This document shows positions 50,734-63,076 of a stretch of DNA of 64,000 nucleotides, one piece after another; the stretch's first letter is position 1, and each line of letters starts with the position of its first letter. Location: NCBI GenBank assembly GCA_040285825.1, contig JAUPSS010000011.1, positions 941,658-1,005,657 on the forward strand. Reading direction: 5' to 3'. The position numbers and the translations under genes were made by a program. The notes beneath the pieces are model-generated. The model worked only from the letters and a program-made list of their open reading frames with translations, made no database searches and was not told the DNA's origin. Origin of the DNA: Eukaryota sp. TZLM1-RC (lineage: Eukaryota > Protista > Metamonada: BaSk clade).

Positions 50734-53700
50734 GAATCCTGTTTTTCAAGCAAGAAAATTGTTTTTGAGAGGTAGATATGGAAGCGGATTAAAAAATATT
50801 TTTTCGGGAAAACTGGCTGATACCAATCTCGAAACTGTTGAAAAATTGAAATCCCTCCATCCAACTGAACATTTTTGCCCCAGTAAGCCTTCTATTTGTC
50901 AATATTGGCTCGAAAATCCATTTCAGGCTCAAGAAGTTTTTTTTCTCCCTCCCTTAGCCAACCCTTTCATATTTCACTTTCTGTCAAGGCGTCAAAGTCG
51001 TACTGTTTCTCTGTCAAAACGATGCCTTTGGCTGATAGTGACTCTGATACTGATTGGAACGCCCAAGCAAAGATTCTACCAGTCAGATCAAGCTCATCCA
51101 CTCCACTTCCCCACTCTCCCCACAATACAAGCTATGCTCGAAATTCATCTTAAAAAAATTTTCATTCAAAAACTGATCATTGTACCAGAAAAAACACAGA
51201 AAAACCACCATTACGTTCCTTGCGTTTTGTTGCGCGTTCTATTAACAACTCCGTTTCTCGAAATTTGTTTTCTCCAGCTGAAACTGCAAAAAGTCAAAAG
51301 TCTATTTCTACTTTTAACTCAAAAATTGACAAAATTGAAAGAACTGAAAAAAATGAAACCACTGCCATTAAAAGGTTCTAAAAAATGTTCAATTTGTGGT
51401 ATCAGTGGTCATAATTCGAGAACGTGCCCTGAGAAACAAAAAAGAGAATTTGAATTAAAATCTGCTCAACAAATTCTCAAATGTTCTGTTCCAGCTGTTG
51501 CCGTTGTGAAAGGTGCTGAAAATAATGTTTCTGACGATCAACAGTTAAATGCTTCTAGTGTTCCCTCTTCTTCCCCTTCTGAAAACAGCAATTTTTGTTG
51601 TCCATTTTGCAAAAAAGATGTTGCAGATTCACGAAATGGTCGAAAACTTCTGTTTTGTACGAATTGTAAAGCCGTTGATACCGTAAGACCCCCGATCCGG
51701 ATCCCAGTAGAAATAAGTCCCGCCAGCACAATCTCCTTCTCAATGGAAATGAGAAATTTTACTTCTGAATTGAAAAATAATAAGTGGAATATTTCATCCT
51801 TCTGGAAATATTTTGCTAGAAAAAACAAAAATTGTTTTAAGAAAAATTTTGGAAATAGAAAAATTGTAAAATCAAAAATTTGCCGTAAATTGTGCTTACG
51901 TGGTCGTTATGGTGCCGCAAATCAGTCCTTGTTTTTCTCTTCTTTGGCTGATGCAAACTCTGATACCCTTGAAAAACTTCAAAAGTTGCATCCTCAAGAA
52001 AATTTCAAGTGCAGCAAGCCTGATGTGTGTCCTTTTTGGATTGAAAATCCTATTACTGCAATTGAAGTTCTTAAAGCTATTCAAAAATTACCAAAGGGGA
52101 AAGCAGCAGGCCCATCTGGAATTTCTTTTGATCTCTTAAAAATAGCGTGTTCCAGTGCTCCCGAAATTCCTGATGATCTAGCCCATTATTTTCCACAATT
52201 AAATGTTTTGAAAATTAATCCTCCATTTGAATTACTCGCTGCACGTCTGATTGCTTTAGTAAAGCCTGGAAACGGAATCAAACCTGATGGAATACGCCCA
52301 ATTGCTGTTGGTGAATCTCTTTCTCGTTTGCTAGCATCAATTGTCTTCGATCGTGTCAAAGACAAAGCTTCTACATTTTTGAATCCTCATCAATTTGGAA
52401 TCAAAACAATTGATGGTGCTTCTGTTGCTGTTATTGCCTCTGATACCTTTTTTAATGCAGAGGAAAATAATTTTATTTTAATCTCGACTTTAAAAATGCT
52501 TTTAATTCTGTAAACCGAGAAGCAATTTTTGAAGTTATTAAATCTGATTTTCCTGAGCTATCGAGTTTTTTTCTACCATTTTTATGGTAAAAGAATCAGA
52601 TTTGATTTTTAATTCATTTGCTCTTAAATCATCTTCTGGTGTGAAGCAAGGTGACCCTTTAGGTCCATTATTGTTTTGTTTGGCTATTCACAAAACTTTA
52701 AATATCATTAAGCAAAAATACCCTTCTATAAAAATAGTTGCTTATATGGATGATATATCCTTGATTGGTTCATTTGATTTACTAGAATTGGTTGCTCAAG
52801 AAATTGCCGATTCATATGAAAATATTGGGCTTCATCTTAATGCCAGCAAATGCCTTCTGATTGGCTCTTCTGCTCAAGACCTCGTGATAAACGATTCTAT
52901 TGTCCCTTTTACTAATTATAGTAGTGATGCTTTTTAAGTTCCTTGGTTGTTGGTTAGGAAATGTGCCTCAAATTCAGAATGAATTGCAAGTTATTTTGGA
53001 AAAAATGAAAATTGAACTTGATTCAATTTCTTCTTTAGATATAGAAAAGCATATTAAATTTTTTTATGCTTAAAATTTGCTACACTGGGAGAATAACCCA
53101 CATTTTGAGATCTTGTGCTCCTTCCATAGCATTAGATTTTTGTCGTTCTTTTAATTCATTGAGAACAGAATTTTTTTGCTGATTTATTGGATGTAGAACC
53201 AGGAATGTTGAAAAGCCATTTATTTTCTTCAGCAAATTTGGGGGGTATTGGATTTACTAAATCTTCAATTTTGTGTCAATCAGCATTCTTGGGTGGTGGC
53301 AAAAATTTTATTTATGAATTTTCTCGTAGATTTCCTGATGATTCTCATCTGTTAGTCCCCAATTGTAGTCCCTATTTGTATGAGTTATCTTGTGAACTTG
53401 AAAAATTACCGCCACAAATTTGGACCAAATGTTTTCCTCAATCAATTCAAGAAATTCCAAACCGATCTCTATTTAATTTACAGTTTTGCTGTAAAAAGCT
53501 TCAACAAAAATTGTCAAAGATTTTTGAAAGCTTGGATTTTGATGTTAGACTTGGCTTGGCCAAGAAAAAGAATCCCGCTTTTGCAAATCTTTTACAAGAT
53601 ATGTGTGACAGTACTTCTTCTGCCTTAGTAACAACAATTCCACAAGTTTATGGTACTCTCTTATCCGATTCTGCTTGGACTCTGAATATGAGATTTCGTT

Positions 53701-56700
53701 CCTTTATTTGGCCTGATAATTTACCTCATAATTTAATTTGTAAATGTTCTCGAGAAATTACAACTACTCATTTGTTAAATTGTAAACATTTTATTACTTT
53801 TAGAAACAAGGTTCATGATGCTGTAAGAGACCAGTTATATTGTATGTGTAAATCTCATAGAATTGAATCCTTCTTGGAACCTTTGTTGTCAAATCTGTTT
53901 GATGCTGAAAATGATTTTCATCAGAATAATAGAGGTGATGTCATATTACCTGGATTAGATGGAAGCATCATTTTATTGGATGTAAAGCCTGTTGATCCTT
54001 GTAATGCCTCAAATGAAAGGCTTGTTAATTCTGAAATTCATAATCCCCTTTCAAATGCTGAAAATTTTAAATTCAAAAAATACAATGAACCTTTGTCCAA
54101 ATTGGCCAGTCTACAGCATGCAAAATACAATTTGTATCCATTTGTATTTTCCCTTTTTGGTTCACTTGCACCAACTGCTTTACGTTTTTTGGATGATTTT
54201 TGAAATGATTGTAAAGAGAAGAACTGGCAGAAATTTCAACAGATTGTTTTGGCAAAATAGAATTGTGTTTTCTGTTTTTAAGGGGATGTTGAAGATGGTT
54301 TCTGATGCTTTGCTTTCTCTTGGATCTCACTATGAGAGAGTTGCATCTAGTGTTTTTGCTTTGGGAGAGATGGATTTTTTAGATGTTGATTTATAGGTTT
54401 AGAATAAAATTAAATTTAAAAAAAAAGGCTCAAGAAGTTTTGAATGCCGTTGCTAAATTACCAAAAGGAAAAGCTGCTGGTCCTTCAGGCATTTCCTTTG
54501 ATTTGTTAAAAACTGCCTGTAAAAATGCTCCTGAAATTGTTGAGGATCTTGCTTCCTATTTTCAAAATTTAATGTGTTTAAATTATGTTCCTCCGCCTGA
54601 ATTGACTGCTGCCCGTTTAGTTGCTTTAGTTAAACCTGGTAAAGGTGACAAACCTGATGGAGTTAGACCAATTGCTATTGGAGAGTCATTAACCAGATTG
54701 CTTTCTTCGCTTATTTTTAACAGAATTTCTACTAAAGCAAGGGACTATTTGAAGCCTTTCCAATTTGGTATAAAAACTGTTGAAGGTGCTTCTGTTGCTT
54801 CAATGACTTCAGATGTTTTTTTCAATAGTCAACAGCATCAATATATTTTCAATTTGGATTTCAAAAATGCTTTCAATTCTGTGAAACGTAATTGTATTTT
54901 TTGATGTCCTTCTTCATGATTTTCCTGAACTTACTGCATATTTTTATTTATTTTATGGAAAAAAATCAGACTTAATTTTTGACTCCTTTACCCTTGAATC
55001 TTCTTCTGGTGTGAAACAAGGTGATCCTCTTGGCCCTTTGCTGTTTTGTTTGGCTATTCATAATATTATTAAAATGACACAACAAGTTTTCCCTGATTTG
55101 CGTATTGTTGCCTATATGGATGACATTTCTATTATTGGTTCTTTTGAAAGCATTGCTAGGGTTTCTGAAGACATTGCGGCGAAATACAAAGAAATTGGTT
55201 TAGCTTTGAACCCATCTAAAAGTCTCTTGATTGGTAGAGAAAAACAATCTTTGATGATTGGTGGAGCTCAGATTCCTTTTATCAATTATGACCAACAAGC
55301 TTTTAAGTTTCTTGGATGTTGGCTTGGTAATTTGGATGAAATTTATTCCCAGTTAAACAATTTATTGGAGAAGTTTGACAAGGATCTTAGTTTTATTGCT
55401 GAATGTGACATTGAGAAACACATCAAATTTTTTATTTTAAAAATTTGTTATTCTGGAAAATTCACTCATATTTTAAGGTCAACTCCCCCTTCGGTATCTC
55501 TCAATTTTTGCAGATCTTTTAACAAACTTCGAGTCAAGTTTTTTTCTTCTTTATTAGAAGTAAATGAATCTTTAATTCGAAGTCATGTATTTTGTTCAGC
55601 AGATTTGGGTGGAATTGGATTCACGAAATCTTCGATTCTGTGTAAAGCAGCATTTTTGGGAGGTGGTAAAAATTTTGTTTTTAAATTTTTCCAAAGGTTC
55701 CCTTTTGATGTTCATCTGTTCAATGGTGAATCAAATTTTTACTTGAATCAACTGCAATTTGAATTAGAAAATTTGCCTAGTGATATCTGGATTCAGTGTT
55801 TTCCTCAAAATGTTCAAGAAATTCCCACCCGATCACTTCCAAATTTACGTTTTTGCTTGAAAAAGCTTCAGCACCATCTGGTTAAATTATATGAAGGCTT
55901 GGATTATGAAGTAAGACTTGGCTTGGCCAAAACTAAAAATCCCGCTTTCGGTAATTTTTTAAAGGATATTCGTGATAGTTCAGCTGCTGCTTTAGTAACT
56001 CAAGTTCCCTCTGTTTATGGACTTTTGTTAAAAAACAATGAATGGCTTCTAAACATGCGTTTTCGTTGTTTTCTGTGGCCAAACAATTTGCCCAATCATT
56101 TAACTTGTAAATGTGGTAAACCTCTTTTGTTTACTCATCTTTTGAACTGCAAACATTTCATTGCGTTTAGAAGCAAAGTGCATAATAACGTCAGGGACCA
56201 AATTTATGTAATGTGCAAATCATATCGAGTAGATTCCTTTTTAGAACCGCTGTTATCAAAATTAATTCTTGATGATCCCAATATTGATAGTACGCGTTAC
56301 AACAGAGCTTCTATGGGTCTGACTAGAGGTGATCTAGTTGTTCCTGGTTTAAATGGTAGTTTTACTATTTTGGACGCCATGTCTATTGACCCTTGTAATT
56401 CCTCTAACGAACATCTCATTAACTCGGATGTAAATAATCCTCTTCTTGCAGGCGAAAAATACAAAATTGCTAAATATGCGAAACCCATTTCCTCGGTTAA
56501 TGAAAATTCTCATGCCCAATATAATTTATGTCCATTTGTTTTTTCTTTGCTTGGATCTCTAGGTAAGGCTGCTATGGCTTTCCTCGAGGATTTTGTTGTA
56601 GTTGTAAAGGAAAGAACTGGAAGAATTTTCGATCGTGTTTACTGGCAAAACAGGATTGTGTTTTCTATTTTTAAGGGAATGGTAAAACTAATTTCTGATT

Positions 56701-56846
56701 CACTATCTTCTTGTGGGAAATTTTCTGAATCTTTAGCAATTAATTGTTTTGATGTAGGGGAGGCAGGTTTCGAGGATGTGGAGTTTTAATTGTGAATTTC
56801 ATATTTGTTTGTTGAATAAAAATTAGTAGAGAAAAACAAAAAAAAA
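50734..56846 (+). mobile_element. Family C element, 5'-truncated, split by a full-length B
   Basis: ORFs 54426-54904 and 55011-56789; TSD GTTTTGCCAGTAA (50721-50733 / 56847-56859). Confidence 0.92.
50938..54425 (+). mobile_element. Full-length family B element (~3.49 kb), defective ORF
   Basis: Same 5' start as the copy at 16814; ATG 51022, TAA at 51151, several frameshifts; TSD AGGCTCAAGAAGT (50925-50937 / 54426-54438). Confidence 0.95.
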
Positions 56847-57210
56847 GTTTTGCCAGTAAACACGATTGAAAATTCTTCCAGTTCTTTCCTTTACAACTAC
56901 AACAAAATCCTCAAGGAAAGCCATAGCAGCCTTACCTAGAGATCCAAGGAAAGAAAAAACAAATGGACATAAATTATATTGGGCATGAGTATTTTCATTA
57001 ACCGAGGAAATGGATTTCGCATATTTAGCAATTTTATGTTTTTCGCCTGCAAGAAGAGGATTATTTACATCCGAGTTAATGAGATGTTCGTTAGAGGAAT
57101 TACAAGGGTCAATAGACATGGCGTCCAAAATAGTAAAACTACCATTTAAACCAGGAACAACTAGATCACCTCTTGTCAGACCCAAAGAAGCTCTGTTGTA
57201 ACACGTACTA

Positions 57211-60154
57211 AATTGCTGAATTAAATAATTTAGAATTTAATTTACCTCCCAAAGATGAGTGCACTGCAGAAGACAATGATGCAGTGATGTTAGATATTCC
57301 CCTTGAAGCAAGTCAAATTGATAATTGTGCTATTTGTAATGAAAAAGCTGAAAGATATATTTTAAAAAATAATTTATATGTATGCCATGTTTGCTCCTCG
57401 CTTGATACATTACGGCCTCCATGTAAGATTCCGAATGTTCTCAGTCCCAAGGCTTCCGTTCCCTTTTCTGTTGCGTTTAGAACATTCAGTCTTGCTTTGA
57501 AAAAAGGAGAATGGGATATATTTTCTATTTGGAAATTCTTCCTTGAACAAAAATCAGGTTCTCGTCCCCAAAAGGTTTTCACTCCAAAGAAACAACCCAA
57601 GAATAAGACTGTACGAAAACTTTTGCTACGTGGGAGATATGTTCAGGGAAAAACGCTCTGTTCTCATCTGATCTTGCTCCTGTGACTGATAAAACTGTAA
57701 ATCAATTAGTGGATCTGCATCCAGCTGAATTTCTTAATTTGGATAAACCATCTGCTTCACAATTTTGGAAACAAAATCCACTTTCTGAAAAAGAAGTTGA
57801 AACTGCCATTTTCCGTCTTCCATCTGGAAAAGCTCCAGGTCCATCTGGAATTACTTTTGATATGCTGAAATCTGTGAGCCGCCAAAATTCCTTTATTATT
57901 AAAGATTTATGTTCCTTTTTTCAAGATGTTTTGACAATGAAAATTGTTCCACCCAAAGAATTACGTGCATCACGGTTAGTGGCTTTAACTAAACCTAATG
58001 GAAAAGTTCGCCCAATTGCCATTGGTGAAGCCATTTATCGCCTGATGTCTTCAGTAATTTTTAATCGAGTTTCAACAAAAGCTAAAGAATACTTTTCACC
58101 ATTCCAATATGGAATCAAAACCATAGATGGACCTTCAGTTGCAGCTTTGACATCTGATCTGTTTTTCAATTTTCACGAAAATAGTTGCATTTTTAATCTT
58201 GATTTCAAAAATGCTTTCAATTCAGTGAAAAGAGATTCAATTTGGAAAGAAATCAAATCAAATTTTCCTGAACTCGAAACCTTTTTTTTATAGGTTTTAT
58301 GGTAATTCATCTGATTTAATTTTTAATTCTTTTAATCTGGATTCTTTATCAGGAGTTAAACAAGGAGACCCTTTAGGTCCTTTCTTTTTTTGTCTTGCAA
58401 TTCACCCAATTTTGAAAAAATTAAAAGAAGAAAATTCTGACCTTCAAGTGGTAGCTTACATGGATGACATTTCTTGTATTGGTCCAGAAAGTACAATTAA
58501 TAGGGTTGCTAATGAAGCTGCTACATTATACCAATCCATAGGTCTTGATTTGAATGTTCAAAAATGTTTTTGTATTTCTAGAAAAATGTTAAGTTAATAA
58601 TTAATTCCCTCGAAGTTCCATATATTGATTATACTTCAACTAGTTTCTGCTTTCTGGGTTGCTATTTAGGTTCCGCCGAAAAAGACACTTGACAGCCTTG
58701 AAAATTATTTAAATTCAATTAAAAAAAGAGCTAGAAGTCATAAAGACTCTTGAATTGGAAAAACATATTAAGTTTTTTCTTTTGACAATTTGTTATGCTG
58801 GAAAAATTACTCATTTACTGCGATCATTACCTCCATCCCTAACTTACAATTTTTGTAGACAATTTAACAAAATACGTACCCAATTTTTGGCTTATTTAAT
58901 GTCTGTTGATCCATCAATTTTGAAAAATCATATTTTTTTCTGATGTTCAACTTGGCGGTGTTGGATTCAATTCATCAAAATATTTGACCAAAGCTGCATT
59001 TATTGGTGGTGGAAAAATTTATGTATTTGAATTCTCTAGAAGATATCCTTTTGCCGAAAATCTTCTTGAAAATACAAATAGCATATTCCTGGATAACTTA
59101 AGACAAGAAATATCCAGTTTATCTCCCGACTTATGGCAATCATGTTTCCCCATATCCATTCAAGAAATTCCAGACAGAAGTTTATATTCATTTAAATTTG
59201 CGTTGAAAAAGCTCCAACGACATCTTTTGAAAAATTTTGAAAACAAGGATTTTATTGTTCGACTTAGCACGGCTAAGAAAGAAAATCCTGCTTTTGCCAA
59301 TTTTTTGATTGATTTGAAGGACAGTTCATCTGCAGTTTTGATAAATCAAATTCCCCAGATTTATGGTCTATTTTTGAATGACGACCAATGGACCACTGCT
59401 ATGAGAATGCGTTGTTATTTATGGCCTTGTAATTTGCCCAATGATTTGTTTTGTAAATGTGGAGCTGGTTTGACATTATCACATTTATTTAATTGTAATA
59501 GATATATTTCCTATCGTTCTACGTTGCATGATGCAGTCAGAGATCAAATCCATGCAATGTGTAATTCCTATCATATTGAATCTTTTGTAGAACCTTTGTT
59601 GAGGTCTCTTGATATAAATGAAAGTGTAAGAGATTCAGAATATGGAAAACGACGTGCTGATGTTGTTGTGCCCTCGTTTGACGATGTCATGAATGTTGTT
59701 GATGTCGTAACAGTGGATGTTTGCAAGAAAAATGCCTTGAAAAATGCTCAATCCGAAGTATCCCCCTTGATGACTCCGAATTGTACAAACGGAAAAAGTA
59801 TGCAAATCCTTTAAAAGAATTGAAACATGTTCGCCATGTAGATTACCAAATTTGCCCATTTGCTATATCGTTGTATGGTCGTCTTGGAAAAACTGCTTTG
59901 AATTTTATTGATGATTTTGAAAATCTTGTGAAAAAAAGAATGAATAAGCGTTTTTGATCGTCGCTTGTGGCTAAATCGTATTGTTTTTACTATTTTCAAA
60001 TCAATTCCTAAAATGATTTCGAAAGCTTTAATGTCTGTCAGTGCACATTATGAAAACATTGCTGCTGTAAGGTTTGATGGTGTGGAAGCTTGTTTTGAAG
60101 ATATTGACTTTTAGACTGTGGTTTTGAAAATAAATTAAAATTAAATTAAAAAAA
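57211..60154 (+). mobile_element. Family A element, 5'-truncated (~2.9 kb), uninterrupted by insertions
   Basis: ORF pieces 57284-59957 are collinear with the A consensus; tail at ~60120-60154. Confidence 0.92.
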
Positions 60155-60296
60155 ATATCTTCATAACGTTGTTGAATATCAGTTGCTATTTGTTTCAGAA
60201 TTTCAATAGGAGCAATTACAGAAATTTTTTTTACTTACTACCAAAAATTGGGTACGTATTTTGTTAAATTGTCTACAAAAATTGTAAGTTAGGGAT

Positions 60297-62417
60297 TGGT
60301 TGTTCTCATCTGATCTTGCTCCTGTGACTAATGAAACTGTAAATCAATTAGTAGATCTGCATCCAGCTGAATTTCTGAATTTGGATAAACCATCTGCTTC
60401 ACAATTTTGGAAACAAAATCCACTTTCTGAAAAAGAAGTTGAAACTGCCGTTTTCCGTCTTCCATCTGGAAAAGCTCCAGGTCCATCGGGAATTACTTTT
60501 GATATGCTGAAATCTGTGTGCCGCCAAAATGCCTTTATTATTAAAGATTTATGTTCCTTTTTTCAAGATGTTTGGACAATGAAAATTGTTCCACCCGAAG
60601 AATTTTTTTTTAATTTAAGAATTACGTGCATCACGGTTAGTGGCTTTAACTAAACCTAATGGAAAAGTTCGCCCAATTGCCATTGGTGAAGCCATTTATC
60701 GCCTGATGTCTTCAGTAATTTTTAATCGAGTTTCAACAAAAGCTAAAGAATACTTTTCACCATTCCAATATGGAATCAAAACCATAGATGGACCTTCAGT
60801 TGCAGCTTTGACATCTGATCTGTTTTTCAATTGTCACGAAAATAGTTGCATTTTTAATCTTGATTTCAAAAATGCTTTCAATTCAGTGAAAAGAGATTCA
60901 ATTTGGAAAGAAATCAAATCAAATTTTCCTGAACTCGAAACCTTTTTTATAGGTTTTTATGGTAATTCATCTGATTTAATTTTTAATTCTTTTAATCTGG
61001 ATTCTTTATCAGGAGTTAAACAAGGAGACCCTTTAGGTCCTTTCTTTTTTTGTCTTGCAATTCACCCAATTTTAAAAAAATTAAAAGAAGAAAATTCTGA
61101 CCTTCAAGTGGTAGCTTACATGGATGACATTTCTTGTATTGGTCCAGAAAGTACAATTAATAGAGTTGCTAATGAAGCTGCTACAATATACCAATCCATA
61201 GGTCTTGATTTGAATGTTCAAAAATGTTTTTGTATTTCTAGAAAAATGTTAAGTTAATAATTAATTCCCTCGAAGTTCCATATATTGATTATACTTCAAC
61301 TAGTTTCTGCTTTCTGGGTTGCTATTTAGGTTCCGCCGAAAAGACACTTGACAGCCTTGAAAATTATTTAAATTCAATTAAAAAAATGTTGAAAAGCCAT
61401 TTATTTTCTTCAGCAAATTTGGGTGGTATTGGTTTTACTAAATCTTCAATTTTGTGTCAATCAGCATTCTTGGGTGGTGGCAAAAATTTTATTTATGAAT
61501 TTTCGCATAGATTTCCTGATGATTCTCATCTGTTAGTCCCCAATTGTAGTCCCTATTTGTATGAGTTATCTTGTGAACTTGAAAAATTACCGCCACAAAT
61601 TTGGACCAAATGTTTTCCTCAATCAATTCAAGAAATTCCAAACCGATCTCTATTTAATTTACAGTTTTGCTGTAAAAAGCTTCAACAAAAATTGTCAAAG
61701 ATTTTTTGAAAGCTTGGATTTTGATGTTAGACTTGGCTTGGCCAAGAAAAAGAATCCCGCTTTGCAAATCTTTTTACAAGATATGTGTGACAGTACTTCT
61801 TCTGCCTTAGTAACAACAATTCCACAAGTTTATGGTACTCTCTTATCCGATTCTGCTTGGACTCTGAATATGAGATTTCGTTCCTTTATCTGGCCTGATA
61901 ATTTACCTCATAATTTAATTTGTAAATGTTCTCGAGAAATTACAACTACTCATTTGTTAAATTGTAAACATTTTATTACTTTTAGAAGCAAGGTTCATGA
62001 TGCTGTAAGAGACCAGTTATATTGTATGTGTAAATCTCATAGAATTGAATCCTTCTTGGAACCTTTGTTGTCAAATCTGGTTGATGCTGAAAATGATTTT
62101 CATAAGAATAATAGAGGTGATGTCATATTACCTGGATTAGATGGAAGCTTCATTTTATTGGATGTAATGTCTGTTGATCCTTGTAATGCCTCAAATGAAA
62201 GGCTTGTTAATTCTGAAATTCATAATCCCCTTTCAAATGCTGAAAATTTTAAATTCAAAAAATACAATGAACCTTTGTCCAAATTGGCCAGTCTACAGCA
62301 TGCAAAATACAATTTGTATCCATTTGTATTTTCCCTTTTTGGTTCACTTGCACCAACTGCTTTACGTTTTTTGGATGATTTTGAAATGATTGTAAAGAGA
62401 AGAACTGGCAGAAATAT
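60297..62417 (+). mobile_element. Family A RT segment (60297-61385) followed by an inserted family B segment (61386-62417)
   Basis: ORFs 60300-61257 (A) and 61386-62424 (B); B is cut by an antisense A tail at ~62418. Confidence 0.88.
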
Positions 62418-62895
62418 TTTTTAATTTAATTTTAATTTATTTTCAAAACCACAGTCTAAAAGTCAATTTCTTCAAAACAAGCTTCCACACCATCAAACCT
62501 TACAGCAGCAATGTTTTCATAATGTGCACTGACAGACATTAAAGCTTTCGAAATCATTTTAGGAATTGATTTGAAAATAGTAAAAACAATACGATTTAGC
62601 CACAAGCGACGATCAAAACGCTTATTCATTCTTTTTTTTCACAAGATTTTCAAAATCATCAATAAAATTCAAAGCAGTTTTTCCAAGACGACCATACAAC
62701 GATATAGCAAATGGGCAAATTTGGTAATCTACATGGCGAACATGTTTCAATTCTTTTAAAGGATTTGCATACTTTTTCCGTTTGTACAATTCGGAGTCAT
62801 CAAGGGGGGATACTTCGGATTGAGCATTTTTCAAGGCATTTTTCTTGCAAACATCCACTGTTACGACATCAACAACATTCATGACATCATCAAAC
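62418..62895 (-). mobile_element. Family A 3' segment interrupted by an LTR element
   Basis: A tail and RLE C-terminus (ORF 62622-62882); the sequence stops at the LTR edge. Confidence 0.88.
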
Positions 62896-63035
62896 TGATG
62901 CCGTTAGGCAGATGAACACACGAAGGAGAGAGAGAAATCTGTTGTTTATTAATAAAACTGATTCATAAATGAGTATCACGTCATCAGTCGAAATACAAAG
63001 AAACCTACTAATTCAATTTGAGTGCAACAACAACA
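62896..63035 (-). repeat. 3' LTR (140 bp)
   Basis: TG...CA termini; contains AATAAA; matches 63859-63998. Confidence 0.85.
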
Positions 63036-63055
63036 CTACTTTTTCCCACTTTTCT
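63036..63055 (-). promoter_or_regulatory. Polypurine tract
   Basis: Minus strand AGAAAAGTGGGAAAAAGTAG immediately upstream of the LTR TG. Confidence 0.75.
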
Positions 63056-63076
63056 GAGGACAAATACAGTACTGGC

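Larger units (their letters stand above)
50553..57210 (-). mobile_element. Chimeric C/B 3' fragment (pieces 50553-50733 and 56847-57210) hosting a C insertion
   Basis: Switches from B to C sequence within a 17-bp shared stretch at 50695-50711; pieces rejoin across TSD GTTTTGCCAGTAA. Confidence 0.8.

Noticed and set aside
50759-52513. 584-aa ORF as a distinct protein
   Set aside because: It is a chance read-through from C into the B 5' UTR and a non-native frame before entering the B ORF.
3000-61800. Numerous frameshifts as evidence that the copies are old and dead
   Set aside because: Nearly all lie in homopolymers, differ between copies and come with few nonsense substitutions, which is typical of long-read consensus error in repeats.
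1493-62424. Prokaryotic RT systems (group II intron, retron, DGR, CRISPR-RT)
   Set aside because: Poly(A) tails, AATAAA, 5' truncations, TSDs and the RLE domain all indicate eukaryotic non-LTR retrotransposons; there is no repeat-spacer array or TR/VR pair.
671-62759. Many short antisense or alternate-frame ORFs repeated across the window (e.g. MKFLPVLL.., MGFAYLAI.., MILVMPQM..)
   Set aside because: These are shadows of the retrotransposon ORFs that recur only because the elements are repeated; they have no independent motifs.
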